Assembly (NCBI GenBank): GCA_964514965.1
Contig: CAZETV010000001.1
Span: 663,063 to 695,062, forward strand
Direction of reading: 5' to 3'
DNA: 32,000 bases
Origin: Candidatus Hadarchaeota archaeon
GTDB taxonomy: Archaea > Hadarchaeota > Hadarchaeia > Hadarchaeales > Hadarchaeaceae
Shown: positions 1 through 8,718 of the stretch, piece after piece
Position numbering within the stretch: position 1 is the stretch's first letter
Layout: each line of letters starts with the position of its first letter
Position numbers and translations under genes: made by a program
Notes under the pieces: model-generated
Seen by the model: the letters and a program-made list of their open reading frames with translations, nothing else
Database searches by the model: none
What the model was told of the DNA's origin: nothing

Positions 1-99
1 GCTATTATACCCTTATTTCAAGACCTCGCGAATGCCATGAAGTCCATTTTTGAACTCCATTTCAGCTTTAGTGCGCTCCACACAAATCTTTTTAAAAAT

Positions 100-112
100 A
101 TAACGCCTTTAT
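100..112. promoter_or_regulatory. Putative operator ATAAC-GCC-TTTAT (imperfect copy of ATAAC-N3-GTTAT) before the cysteine desulfurase gene
   Basis: Sequence AATATAACGCCTTTATATAT, 17 nt before ATG at 130, adjacent to A/T-rich TATA-like tract 91-100. Confidence 0.5.
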
Positions 113-129
113 ATATATCAGGGGCGGAG

Positions 130-1302
130 ATGAGAGCTTACTTGGACAATGGTACAACAACTCCTGTAGCTAGAGAGATAATCGAGGCCATGCTACCGTA
201 CCTCACCGAAAAATTTGGGCATCCGCTTTTTCTTTACTCACTCGGGCAAGAAGCTGCAGATGCCGTGGAAAGAAGCCAAAAAACTATAGCTGATACTCTG
301 AACGCTGAGCAAAAAGAGATAACTTTTACATCAAACGCGACGGAGGCCAGCGATTTTGCCATCAGAGGTGTTGCTCACGCCAATAGAAAAAGTGACAACC
401 ACATAATCACGACGAAGATTGAAAATCCATCAGTTTTGCGGCCATGCGAAATACTAGAAAAAGAGGGGTTCAAAGTCGATTATTTAAACGTTGACTCTCA
501 GGGATTTGTCGATTTAAAACAACTCCAAGATCTGATAAACGAAAAAACCATTCTCGTCAGCGTGGCGCAAGTTAACGATGAGATAGGCACGATAGAACCT
601 ATAGCAGATATAGGGAAGATGTTGCACGAGCAAAAACATAAGATATATTTCCACGTGAACGCCGCCGCCTCGTATGCAAGAGTTCCAATCGATGTGCAAA
701 AAATGGGCATAGACCTCATGAGCCTGAGTGCCCACAAGATTCACGGCCCTAAAGGCGTTGGTGCGCTTTATGTACGAGAGGATACAAAAATCAATCCGAT
801 GTCTTACGGCTACATCTCCATGTTTCTACTAAAACCAGGCACCGAAAATATCCCGGCAATCGTCGGTTTTGGCAAGGCGGCCGAGTTAGCGTTTACAAAT
901 TTCAACAGCCATGTAGCGCATATGCGGAAGTTACGCGACAAGCTCATGGCCGGAATTGAGGAGCGTGTGCCCCACATCTTGCTTAACGGGCCCAGAGGGG
1001 AGAAACGCAGCCCTGCGAACGTGAACTACTCATTCAAGGGAGTAGAGGGCGAGTCGGTGTTGCTCCACTTAGATCTGAATGGGATTTCAGTCGCTACTGG
1101 CTCCGCATGTTCAACGCGAAAGCTCGAACCAAGCCATGTCCTAACCGCTATAGGAGTAGGCTCAGAAGTCGCCCACGGATCCATAAGATTCACGCTGAGC
1201 CGGTACAACACGGCCAAGGAGATTGACTACGTGCTGGGAGTAGTGCCGCGCGTTATTGAAAACCTGCGCAAGATAAGCCCAATAAAACCTGAGGAACTTT
1301 GA
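130..1302 (+). CDS. Cysteine desulfurase (NifS/IscS-like, PLP-dependent)
   Basis: MRAYLDNGTTTPVAREIIEAMLPYL; LMSLSAHKIHGPKGVGALYVR (PLP Lys region); ATGSACST. Start moved from the track's 37 to ATG 130, where homologous sequence begins. Confidence 0.93.
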   Translation: MRAYLDNGTTTPVAREIIEAMLPYLTEKFGHPLFLYSLGQEAADAVERSQKTIADTLNAEQKEITFTSNATEASDFAIRGVAHANRKSDNHIITTKIENPSVLRPCEILEKEGFKVDYLNVDSQGFVDLKQLQDLINEKTILVSVAQVNDEIGTIEPIADIGKMLHEQKHKIYFHVNAAASYARVPIDVQKMGIDLMSLSAHKIHGPKGVGALYVREDTKINPMSYGYISMFLLKPGTENIPAIVGFGKAAELAFTNFNSHVAHMRKLRDKLMAGIEERVPHILLNGPRGEKRSPANVNYSFKGVEGESVLLHLDLNGISVATGSACSTRKLEPSHVLTAIGVGSEVAHGSIRFTLSRYNTAKEIDYVLGVVPRVIENLRKISPIKPEEL

Positions 1303-1311
1303 GGTGAGCCA

Positions 1312-1716
1312 GTGCCAGTTGAATTTACAGAACGGAGCCTACTTAAGTACACCCAAAAGGTAATCGAGCTATTCAAGGACCCCAAAAATATCGGAGAGAT
1401 GGAAGACCCAACTGTGACCGCAGTCGAAGGCGATCCTAAGTGTGGCGATATGTTCAAGATGTTTTTGAAAATTAAAAACGACAAAATTGTAGACGTGAAA
1501 TTCCTTTCTTTCGGGTGCGCAGCGAACATCGCTACTGGTTCAATGACAACTGAAATGGTGAAGGGAAAAACCGTGGATGAGGCGAAGAAAATCACCATTA
1601 AGCAAATTGCGGATGCTTTAGGTGGCCTTCCCGCCTTGAAAATGCACTGCGCTGTGCTCGCGTACAAAACGCTTAAAAAGGCGTTGCAGGAGTACGAGCG
1701 GAAGCTGACAGGCTAA
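1312..1716 (+). CDS. IscU/NifU N-terminal-like Fe-S scaffold protein
   Basis: Conserved Cys pattern: GDPKCGDMFKMFLKI, FLSFGCAANIATGSMTTEMVKGKT, KMHCAVLAYKTLKKAL. Confidence 0.92.
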   Translation: MPVEFTERSLLKYTQKVIELFKDPKNIGEMEDPTVTAVEGDPKCGDMFKMFLKIKNDKIVDVKFLSFGCAANIATGSMTTEMVKGKTVDEAKKITIKQIADALGGLPALKMHCAVLAYKTLKKALQEYERKLTG

Positions 1717-1739
1717 ACTCGGACTAATCCCAAGGGGTC

Positions 1740-2444
1740 GTGAAGATGACAAGGGACGGCGAAATATTACTCCCAAAATTCAAGCAAGAATGCTTACTTT
1801 CAAAGGGAGTCGAAGTTCTAGATTTGATGAGGGTGAGAAAGGAGACTGTGATGTATGTTCAGCCATGCGCGTCAGAGCGGGGAAAATTAATGGCAGACAT
1901 CGAACTCACCAAGGAACCCACTAAACAGTTTATCGACCCTGAAACCCTTTGCTCGCTGCTCGAGACCCACCGACGGCGCTTTGCAGAGCTGAAGTGCAGC
2001 CCAAGTTTGGGTGTGGCAAAGCTCAAGTGGAAGGGTAAAGAAATAAGCATATTCAAAAATGGAAAGTTGAAAATTCAGCGAGCGCTCGGCCGCGATGAAC
2101 TTTTGAAAGTCGCGAATTCCGTTTCCCGTTTGATTTGGGGCGCCGCCGTATGTGAAGTCTGCAAACAACCGACTCTCAACTGCGCGTCCGGAAAGTGTGG
2201 GAAATGTACTTTAGAGGAGCATGTGGCTGTGCAGGCCGATGCACTTCCAAATGCTGAGTTGTTATATCAAGTGTACGCCAATCTCGAAAAAGCGCGAAAA
2301 TCCCCTGATGAGTCTGAAAACTACCTACGGGCAGCAAAATATCTTGCGCTGTTTTTCACCATGGAGGCTCCTTCCAAGGAAGATGCAGCCATTGGACTCA
2401 TTTTACTGGCAGAAGCTGGGCGGGTAAAAACATTAAAAAGTTAA
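1740..2444 (+). CDS. Uncharacterised protein with Cys cluster CxxCx6CxxxxCxxC, encoded with desulfurase and scaffold genes
   Basis: 234 aa intact ORF; GAAVCEVCKQPTLNCASGKCGKCTLEE; same strand, 23 nt after iscU-like gene. Confidence 0.75.
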   Translation: MKMTRDGEILLPKFKQECLLSKGVEVLDLMRVRKETVMYVQPCASERGKLMADIELTKEPTKQFIDPETLCSLLETHRRRFAELKCSPSLGVAKLKWKGKEISIFKNGKLKIQRALGRDELLKVANSVSRLIWGAAVCEVCKQPTLNCASGKCGKCTLEEHVAVQADALPNAELLYQVYANLEKARKSPDESENYLRAAKYLALFFTMEAPSKEDAAIGLILLAEAGRVKTLKS

Positions 2445-2457
2445 AACAGAAGCTTTT

Positions 2458-2478
2458 ATAACAATGTTATGTGATAAC
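2458..2478. promoter_or_regulatory. Three half-sites ATAAC-AAT-GTTAT-GTG-ATAAC in the promoter of the HTH regulator
   Basis: Exact sequence TTTTATAACAATGTTATGTGATAACCATG; half-sites start every 8 nt; TATA-like CTTTTATA at 2453-2460; ATG at 2480. Confidence 0.6.
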
Positions 2479-2479
2479 C

Positions 2480-2860
2480 ATGAAGCCTCCTTGTGAAATT
2501 GTGGTCAAAGATATCCTACCTGCGATAAGGGCGGTGCTCGTAAGGGACCTTATCAAGCGCCACAAGCTGAATCAGGTCGAGGTTGCGAAAAAGATGGGCA
2601 TCACTCAGCCAGCGGTTAGCCAGTACCTCAGCGAACTTCGAGGTGCGAGTTACGCGGGACTATTCAAGAGGCGAGAGATTGCACAATCGGTGAGGAAGCT
2701 CTCGGATACTATTGCCAGCGGGAAGGTTAAGCCTAGTCAAACCCTCCAAATGTACTGTAACATCTGCAAGCATATAAAGAAAAGAGAAATTCTTTGTATC
2801 TTACACGCAAAATCCGCCCCCTATCTAAAGGAGGAAGGCTGCCGGATTTGTCTTGGTTGA
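2480..2860 (+). CDS. HTH (XRE-like) transcriptional regulator with Cys-rich C-terminus
   Basis: HTH: LNQVEVAKKMGITQPAVSQYLSELRG; tail with MYCNICKHIKKREILCILH...EEGCRICLG. Candidate Fe-S or metal/redox sensor. Track start 2471 is GTG; ATG at 2480 fits the promoter spacing. Confidence 0.8.
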   Translation: MKPPCEIVVKDILPAIRAVLVRDLIKRHKLNQVEVAKKMGITQPAVSQYLSELRGASYAGLFKRREIAQSVRKLSDTIASGKVKPSQTLQMYCNICKHIKKREILCILHAKSAPYLKEEGCRICLG

Positions 2861-3277
2861 CCTTGACACAGTCCTCGAGAGAACCGCAAGTGGATGCCCC
2901 TTGCTTTTTAATTCAAACATATTATACCAACCGAATGGTACTCGAAGAACCCTGTAGCCAGCCCTTTCTAATTTGGTTCCGATACTGGTCAATAACTGGA
3001 GCGCGAAAGTAGGAGAACCTAAATCACATGAAAGATGAGCAAACGGAAATATCACGATATTTTTGGCTTTAACTTTAGACGCGATATCTTGAATTTCCGC
3101 CACGGCTTTTTCAACCAGTCCATCCACCAGTTCATCGACCTTCTCCACGCAGGCGAAAGCGATGAGTGGGTCTCGCACCCTCCCTACCCTGTTTTCTGGT
3201 CTAATCTCTTCCGAGAATTTAGCCTTTTGCTTCACCTTGTAATTTAAATAATCAGCGTGGACAAACAATATCTTCAT
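2825..3277 (-). CDS. Stand-alone archaeal threonyl-tRNA synthetase editing domain (tRNA-Thr_ED-like)
   Basis: MKILFVHADYLNYKVKQKA...DPLIAFACVEKVDE...IVIFPFAHLSCDLGSPTFALQLL...YRVLRVPFGWYNMFELKSKGHPLAVLSRT matches the archaeal ThrRS N-terminal editing domain; no synthetase domains follow. Confidence 0.85.
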   Translation of the reverse strand: MKILFVHADYLNYKVKQKAKFSEEIRPENRVGRVRDPLIAFACVEKVDELVDGLVEKAVAEIQDIASKVKAKNIVIFPFAHLSCDLGSPTFALQLLTSIGTKLERAGYRVLRVPFGWYNMFELKSKGHPLAVLSRTVSRSTKTNPAAFLL

Positions 3278-3286
3278 GTGATCACT

Positions 3287-3361
3287 TGGAGCCGGGAGAG
3301 GGAATTGCACCCCCGTGAGCGGTTCTGCAGACCGCTGCCTGAGCTACTCGGCCACCCCGGC
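3287..3361 (-). tRNA. tRNA-Cys (anticodon GCA), CCA encoded
   Basis: GCCGGGGTGGCCGAGTAGCTCAGGCAGCGGTCTGCAGAACCGCTCACGGGGGTGCAATTCCCTCTCCCGGCTCCA: 7-bp acceptor stem, anticodon loop CTGCAGA, 5-bp T stem, discriminator U as expected for tRNA-Cys. Confidence 0.9.
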
Positions 3362-3376
3362 ACTTAAAATATAGAT

Positions 3377-3389
3377 ATAACGGCGTTAT
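3377..3389. promoter_or_regulatory. Operator-like ATAAC-GGC-GTTAT between divergent tRNA-Cys and P1B ATPase gene
   Basis: Exact sequence GATATAACGGCGTTATAAAA; A/T-rich TATA-like elements for both directions flank or overlap it. Confidence 0.6.
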
Positions 3390-3403
3390 AAAATTAACGG
3401 TTG

Positions 3404-5584
3404 ATGGGTATGGCGGGAAAAAAAATTGAGTTGACCATTGAGGGTATGCATTGCCCAGGGTGTGCAGCCACTATCGAAAAGGCGTTAGTGAAAACTGCAG
3501 GTATACATCGTGCAAGCGTGAACTTTACTACTAGAAAATCCACCATCGAGTATGACCCCAAAAAAGTGACCGTAGAGAGAATAAAAAAATGCGTAGAGGA
3601 CATTGGCTACAAAGCGAGAGAAGAGGAGTTATTTGAAAAGAGAAGATGGCGTGAAAAAAAGCATATCCTCTTTATACTATTTGGTTTATCCCTAACAATA
3701 CCTGTGGCCCTTACCGAACTTTTTCTTGAATTCTCAGAAAAAGCTCTCTTTCTTTTTCTTCTGGCAACCCCTGTTCAGTTCATTGTTGGATGGCGTTTCT
3801 ATCGAGGAGCATATTATTCGTTGAAGAGAAAATTTGCAAGTGTCGATGTGCTAGTTGTTTTAAGCACCTCCGCTGCGTACTTCTACAGCGTAGGGGCGAC
3901 ATTTTTTATTGCGGGACCAACTTTCTATGAAGCATCCACGGTAGTTATCACTACAATCGCAATCGGTATGACATTAGAAGAGCATGCGCGGGGGAGGACA
4001 GGGGAAGCAATTAGAAAACTCATGCAACTTCAACCCAAATCTGCTGTTGTAATAAGAAATGGAAAAGAAATTGTAGTTCAAGTCGAAGAGGTTCAAGTTG
4101 GAGATACTGTTATCATAAAACCAGGAGAAAGGATTCCAGTCGACGGCAGAGTTATCAACGGATATTCCTCCGTGGACGAATCGGCAATTACTGGCGAATC
4201 TATCCCCGTTGAAAAGAAAAAGGGCGATTTGGTGATCAGTGCAACGATAAATAAAACGGGCACATTGAAGTTTAAGGCCACAAAAGTGGGAAAAGAGACT
4301 ACACTATCCCAGATAATTAAACTGGTAGAAGAAGCCCAGACATCTAAGGCGCCTATTCAAAACATTGCGGATACGGTGGTGAATTATTTTGTACCGATAG
4401 TTCTGGCTGTGGCCGGAATCAGTTTTATTGTTTGGTTTTTTGTACAGGGATTCACCTTCTTATTTGCTTTAACCGTTTTCGTTAGTGTTTTAGTAATTGC
4501 TTGTCCATGCGCCTTAGGAATCGCCACGCCAGCCGCCTTAATGGTTGGTTTAGGGAAGGGAGCGGAACACGGAATACTAATAAAAGGGGGTGGAGCGCTG
4601 GAACGAGCACATAGGATAGATACTATAGTTTTTGATAAAACTCATACATTAACGGTCGGAGAGCCGAAAGTTACAAACGTCGTTGCATCTAGCAACAAAA
4701 AAGATGTGTTATGGTTTGCGGCTATCGCTGAAAAGGGTTCGGAACATCCTCTCGCAGGCGCCATCGTAAGCAAAGCGGAAAAAGAATTGAAGAAGGTTCC
4801 TGATGCTGATTGGTTTAAAACCATACCCGGACATGGTGTGAAAGCTAGATATAAAGAAAAGATTATCTTACTCGGTAACCGAAAATTGATGATAAAGAAC
4901 AAAATAAGTATAGACCATTTTGAAAAACAAATTACTAAATTTGAGGAAGAAGGAAAAACTGTGATGATTTTGACCGTCGGCAAAAAAGCTTTAGGAATTA
5001 TTGCCACTGCAGATGTATTGAGAAAAGATTCTTCGAAAGCTGTAAGAAAACTTCAAAAAATTGGAATAGAAGTTATTATGCTAACGGGAGACAACGAGAA
5101 AACAGCAAACGCAATAGCAAAAAAAGTTGGGATTAAAAAGGTTTTGGCAAATGTTCTCCCAGAAGAAAAATCAAAAGCGCTGAAAAAGTTGCAGAATGAG
5201 GGAAAAATAGTCGGAATGGTTGGAGATGGCATAAATGATGCTCCAGCGCTCACGCAAGCAGATGTGGGGATTGCGATCGGCTCCGGAACCGATATCGCAA
5301 TTGAAGCTGGAAATGTTGTTTTGGTCAAGGACGATTTGATGGATGTAGCCTGTCTCATGAAATTAAGCAAAAAAACAATGGGTAAAATCAAACAAAATTT
5401 GTTCTTCGCATTCTTTTACAATATCTTAGGGATACCTATAGCAGCCGGAATCCTGTATCCCTTCCTCCATACTGTAGTAGTTTCTCCTGTAATTGCTGCA
5501 ATCGCCACGATCACGAGCGACATATGCGTAGTTGGGAATTCCTTATTGCTTAAAAAGTTTAAACTAGCTAAAATTCATTCATAA
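3404..5584 (+). CDS. Heavy-metal (Cu-type, P1B) translocating ATPase, one HMA domain
   Basis: [11 protein letters not shown] metal-binding loop; TGES; ACPCAL; SEHPLA; [10 protein letters not shown]. Phosphorylation motif reads DKTHT rather than DKTGT. Confidence 0.92.
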   Translation: MGMAGKKIELTIEGMHCPGCAATIEKALVKTAGIHRASVNFTTRKSTIEYDPKKVTVERIKKCVEDIGYKAREEELFEKRRWREKKHILFILFGLSLTIPVALTELFLEFSEKALFLFLLATPVQFIVGWRFYRGAYYSLKRKFASVDVLVVLSTSAAYFYSVGATFFIAGPTFYEASTVVITTIAIGMTLEEHARGRTGEAIRKLMQLQPKSAVVIRNGKEIVVQVEEVQVGDTVIIKPGERIPVDGRVINGYSSVDESAITGESIPVEKKKGDLVISATINKTGTLKFKATKVGKETTLSQIIKLVEEAQTSKAPIQNIADTVVNYFVPIVLAVAGISFIVWFFVQGFTFLFALTVFVSVLVIACPCALGIATPAALMVGLGKGAEHGILIKGGGALERAHRIDTIVFDKTHTLTVGEPKVTNVVASSNKKDVLWFAAIAEKGSEHPLAGAIVSKAEKELKKVPDADWFKTIPGHGVKARYKEKIILLGNRKLMIKNKISIDHFEKQITKFEEEGKTVMILTVGKKALGIIATADVLRKDSSKAVRKLQKIGIEVIMLTGDNEKTANAIAKKVGIKKVLANVLPEEKSKALKKLQNEGKIVGMVGDGINDAPALTQADVGIAIGSGTDIAIEAGNVVLVKDDLMDVACLMKLSKKTMGKIKQNLFFAFFYNILGIPIAAGILYPFLHTVVVSPVIAAIATITSDICVVGNSLLLKKFKLAKIHS

Positions 5585-5607
5585 AATCCGCCGATGGAAG
5601 TTTTAAA

Positions 5608-6276
5608 ATGAACAAAAATAAAGTGGTGTGCTTGGTTTCAGGAGGGATAGACTCCCCAGTTGCATGTGCTTTAGTAGCAAAAAAGTTTAAATGTGTACCA
5701 CTCCATTTTTGCCTCTACCCATTCACATGTGAGGAAACTTTCTTTCTAACCATGAAAGTGCTAAAAAACTTGAAAGATGTGATTGAGTTTGAAAAGGCCA
5801 TTGTTTATCCGTGGAACGAAATTTTAGATACAACTTTGAAAAATCGTCAAAAGAAGAGCTATGCGTGCGTCGCTTGTAGAAAAAGTATGTTTAAGGTGGC
5901 TGAGATGATTTGTGAAAAAGAAGACGCGGCAGGAATAGTAACTGGCGAATCATTGGGACAAAAAGCAACGCAAACATTGGCCAATTTGAGGGCGACTTCT
6001 ACGGGAATAAAGTTTCCAATCCTGAGACCTTTGCTGGGTCTAGACAAAAATGAAATCGTGAAGATATCAAAGGCTCTGGGGATTTGGCACGAACATCATG
6101 CTGGATGCTGCTTTGCCACGCCGAAATATCCAGATACCAAGGCAGACTCGCAGATACTTGACAAAGTGATAGAAGACCTTAAAATTCATGAACTTATTAA
6201 AAGGAACTCTGAAAAAATTCTAGAGGTCAGGACTTTTAAGGAAAACTTCGGAGAGTACCTTCTCACGTTAGCTTAA
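5608..6276 (+). CDS. ThiI-like PP-loop ATPase domain protein without THUMP domain
   Basis: [15 protein letters not shown]-loop; [13 protein letters not shown]; [16 protein letters not shown]; [14 protein letters not shown]; [12 protein letters not shown]. Confidence 0.8.
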   Translation: MNKNKVVCLVSGGIDSPVACALVAKKFKCVPLHFCLYPFTCEETFFLTMKVLKNLKDVIEFEKAIVYPWNEILDTTLKNRQKKSYACVACRKSMFKVAEMICEKEDAAGIVTGESLGQKATQTLANLRATSTGIKFPILRPLLGLDKNEIVKISKALGIWHEHHAGCCFATPKYPDTKADSQILDKVIEDLKIHELIKRNSEKILEVRTFKENFGEYLLTLA

Positions 6277-7055
6277 TCGCGGAGTTTCCCATATGCTACC
6301 TCGGCCGCTTTTTTGCCCGAGAGTAGCATGGCACCAAAAGTTGGCCCCATTCGAGGGAGCCCATAGGTCGTGGCTACTGCCATACCCGAGACAATGAGAC
6401 CTGGGCATGCTTCTCCTGTGTGTTCCACCACCAAATCCTCTGAGTGCTCGACCCACATACCGCTGAAGCCAGAAGTCTTAATCAGGCCTCGTTCCTCCAA
6501 CTTTCGCACGATAGCTGCATCATGCCCCGTTGCATCGATTACGAGCCTTGACTCAAGCCCAACAGGATCAACACACGTGATCTCTCGCGGTAGCGCATGG
6601 ATTGGGGACCAGTTCACTACGACTCCGCCAACTCTGTTCTTCTCACGCAATATGACATCTTCGAAGCGAGTCATGTTAAGAATTTTCGCTCCAGCATCAC
6701 AGGTTGCCGCGACCAGCTTCGAACAAGCGTGGGGGCCCTCCGCGACATACAGACCCTCACTGAATTTTTTACAGGGGACCCCAATTTCTTCTAAAACTTT
6801 CTGAGCGGGTGCCCTAATCGTAACTTTGTTCATTAGGTAACCACCGATCCAAAAGCCGCCACCGAGGTAATTGTTGTGTTCAATCAATAGAACCTTTGCT
6901 CCTCTCTCTGCAAGATCCCTCGCAGCTATCAGGCCACTCGGACCAGCGCCGACCACAATTACATCACTTTCAACGTATTCTTGGAATTCCTTCGCGAACT
7001 CGCCCACGATCGCTCGAGTTATTTCCTTTTCCCCTACCGGTTCGAAAGTTACCAT
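6273..7055 (-). CDS. Thiamine thiazole synthase Thi4-family protein, Cys-containing variant
   Basis: [32 protein letters not shown]; [14 protein letters not shown]; NWSPI...[21 protein letters not shown]; [29 protein letters not shown]. Confidence 0.9.
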   Translation of the reverse strand: MVTFEPVGEKEITRAIVGEFAKEFQEYVESDVIVVGAGPSGLIAARDLAERGAKVLLIEHNNYLGGGFWIGGYLMNKVTIRAPAQKVLEEIGVPCKKFSEGLYVAEGPHACSKLVAATCDAGAKILNMTRFEDVILREKNRVGGVVVNWSPIHALPREITCVDPVGLESRLVIDATGHDAAIVRKLEERGLIKTSGFSGMWVEHSEDLVVEHTGEACPGLIVSGMAVATTYGLPRMGPTFGAMLLSGKKAAEVAYGKLRD

Positions 7056-7093
7056 TTTTTTCCCTCTATCAATTATGTGCTACCTTATAAATA

Positions 7094-7106
7094 ATAACGC
7101 TGTTAT
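7094..7106. promoter_or_regulatory. Operator-like ATAAC-GCT-GTTAT between thi4 and the homocysteine biosynthesis genes
   Basis: Exact inverted repeat within CTTATAAATAATAACGCTGTTATAAAC. Confidence 0.55.
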
Positions 7107-7200
7107 AAACTAAGGTTTATGGTTATTCCTGTGAGTAATTTTTTAATCCAAAAAATATAAATATCAGTATTTATCACTTGTTCCTGAAATAGGGGGAATT

Positions 7201-8718
7201 GTGTTGACTAAAACCAAAGTTAACAAGTCGGTGGCTGAGATAAACGACCGAATCAGGCGCGGCGATGCGGTGATCGTGACAGCGGAGGAAATGGTAGAAA
7301 TCGTGAGAGAAAGAGGTGAAGTCGAAGCTGCTAAGGAAGTGGATGCGGTCACTACTGGCACCTTTGGGGCGATGTGCAGCTCGGGAACTTGGCTGAACTT
7401 TGGACACGCAGACCCGCCAATCAAAATGCAACGAGTATGGCTTAACGATGTCGAGGCGTATACAGGAGTTGCCGCTGTCGATGCATACATAGGTGCAACG
7501 CAGCTCAGCGAGACCCGCGGATTCGAGTATGGTGGAGGGCACGTTATCGAAGATCTGATCCGTGGAAAAGAGATGGAAGTCCGAGCGATCGCATACGGCA
7601 CCGATTGCTACCCGCGTAAGGAACTCGAGACCACCGTGACCAAGGACGACATTAATCAAGCTGTCCTCTGCAACCCCCGTAACGCCTACCAGCGCTACGT
7701 AGCAGCCACGAACTCGCGTGATGAAACTATCTACACCTACATGGGCACCCTGCTGCCGAACTACGGCAACGTAACATATTCGGGGTCCGGCAGCCTAAGC
7801 CCGCTCCACAACGACCCCAACTACGAAACAATCGGGATCGGGACGCGAATTTTCCTAGGGGGTGCTCAAGGCTACATATTCTGGGAGGGAACTCAACACG
7901 CCCCAACTAATGCAATGGGCACCATCATGACCGTCGGGAACTTGAAAGAAATGGACGCACGCTACATCAGGGGAGTAACGGTCGAAAAGTACGGGACTTC
8001 GCTCTACGTCGGCTTGGGGATTCCAATTCCAATTATAAACGAGAGAGTTGCAAAAACTACGGGCATAAGTGATGAGGAGATAAAAACAGACCTTACTGAC
8101 TACGGGGTTCCTCGAAGGAGCCGCCCTATTCTCAGGAAGGTTACCTATGCTGAATTGAAATCTGGGAAGATTGAAATCAACAACGATGAAGTACTCGTCA
8201 GCCCCTTGAGCAGCCTGAAGCGAGCGAGAGAAATCGCTGGCGTCTTAAAAAAGTGGATTGAAGAAAAAAGATTCTTCCTTTCTCAACCAGCGGAGAGACT
8301 GCCTATCGACCAAGTGTTCAAGCCAATGAAACAACTCGCAGGCGTCCCATTTGTCAGGGACGTTATGACACGAGAGGTAGTAACCGCCAAGCCGAGCGAC
8401 TCGATCGCCAGCGCGGCGAAGATACTTGCGAAGCGCAACTTCGACCATCTACCGATCGTAGATGCCAAAGGGAAACTCGTGGGAATAGCGACTTCGTGGG
8501 ACATCGCCGTGGCAGTCGGGACTGGTAAGAAGAAATTATCAGATGTTCTGACTTCCAAAGTTATCACGGCAACTGAGGACGAGCCAGTCGATGCTGTAGC
8601 GAGGAGACTTGAAAAACACAAAATCTCTGGGGTTCCTGTGATAAACGCCCGTGGCGAGCCCAGAGGAGTCCTGACGAGTCAGGATCTATCTAAGTTGTTG
8701 GGGGGACGAGGAAAATGA
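7201..8718 (+). CDS. Homocysteine biosynthesis protein (COG1900/DUF39) with C-terminal tandem CBS domains
   Basis: GTFGAMCSSGTWLNFGHADPPIKM; GEVEAAKEVDAVTTG; CBS repeats VRDVMTREVVTAKPSDSIASAAKIL and LSDVLTSKVITATEDEPVDAVAR. Confidence 0.88.
   Translation: MLTKTKVNKSVAEINDRIRRGDAVIVTAEEMVEIVRERGEVEAAKEVDAVTTGTFGAMCSSGTWLNFGHADPPIKMQRVWLNDVEAYTGVAAVDAYIGATQLSETRGFEYGGGHVIEDLIRGKEMEVRAIAYGTDCYPRKELETTVTKDDINQAVLCNPRNAYQRYVAATNSRDETIYTYMGTLLPNYGNVTYSGSGSLSPLHNDPNYETIGIGTRIFLGGAQGYIFWEGTQHAPTNAMGTIMTVGNLKEMDARYIRGVTVEKYGTSLYVGLGIPIPIINERVAKTTGISDEEIKTDLTDYGVPRRSRPILRKVTYAELKSGKIEINNDEVLVSPLSSLKRAREIAGVLKKWIEEKRFFLSQPAERLPIDQVFKPMKQLAGVPFVRDVMTREVVTAKPSDSIASAAKILAKRNFDHLPIVDAKGKLVGIATSWDIAVAVGTGKKKLSDVLTSKVITATEDEPVDAVARRLEKHKISGVPVINARGEPRGVLTSQDLSKLLGGRGK

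Noticed and set aside
7119-7145. Second leader peptide MVIPVSNF before the homocysteine genes
   Set aside because: No enrichment for Cys or Met codons and no supporting structure; short ATG ORFs occur often by chance.
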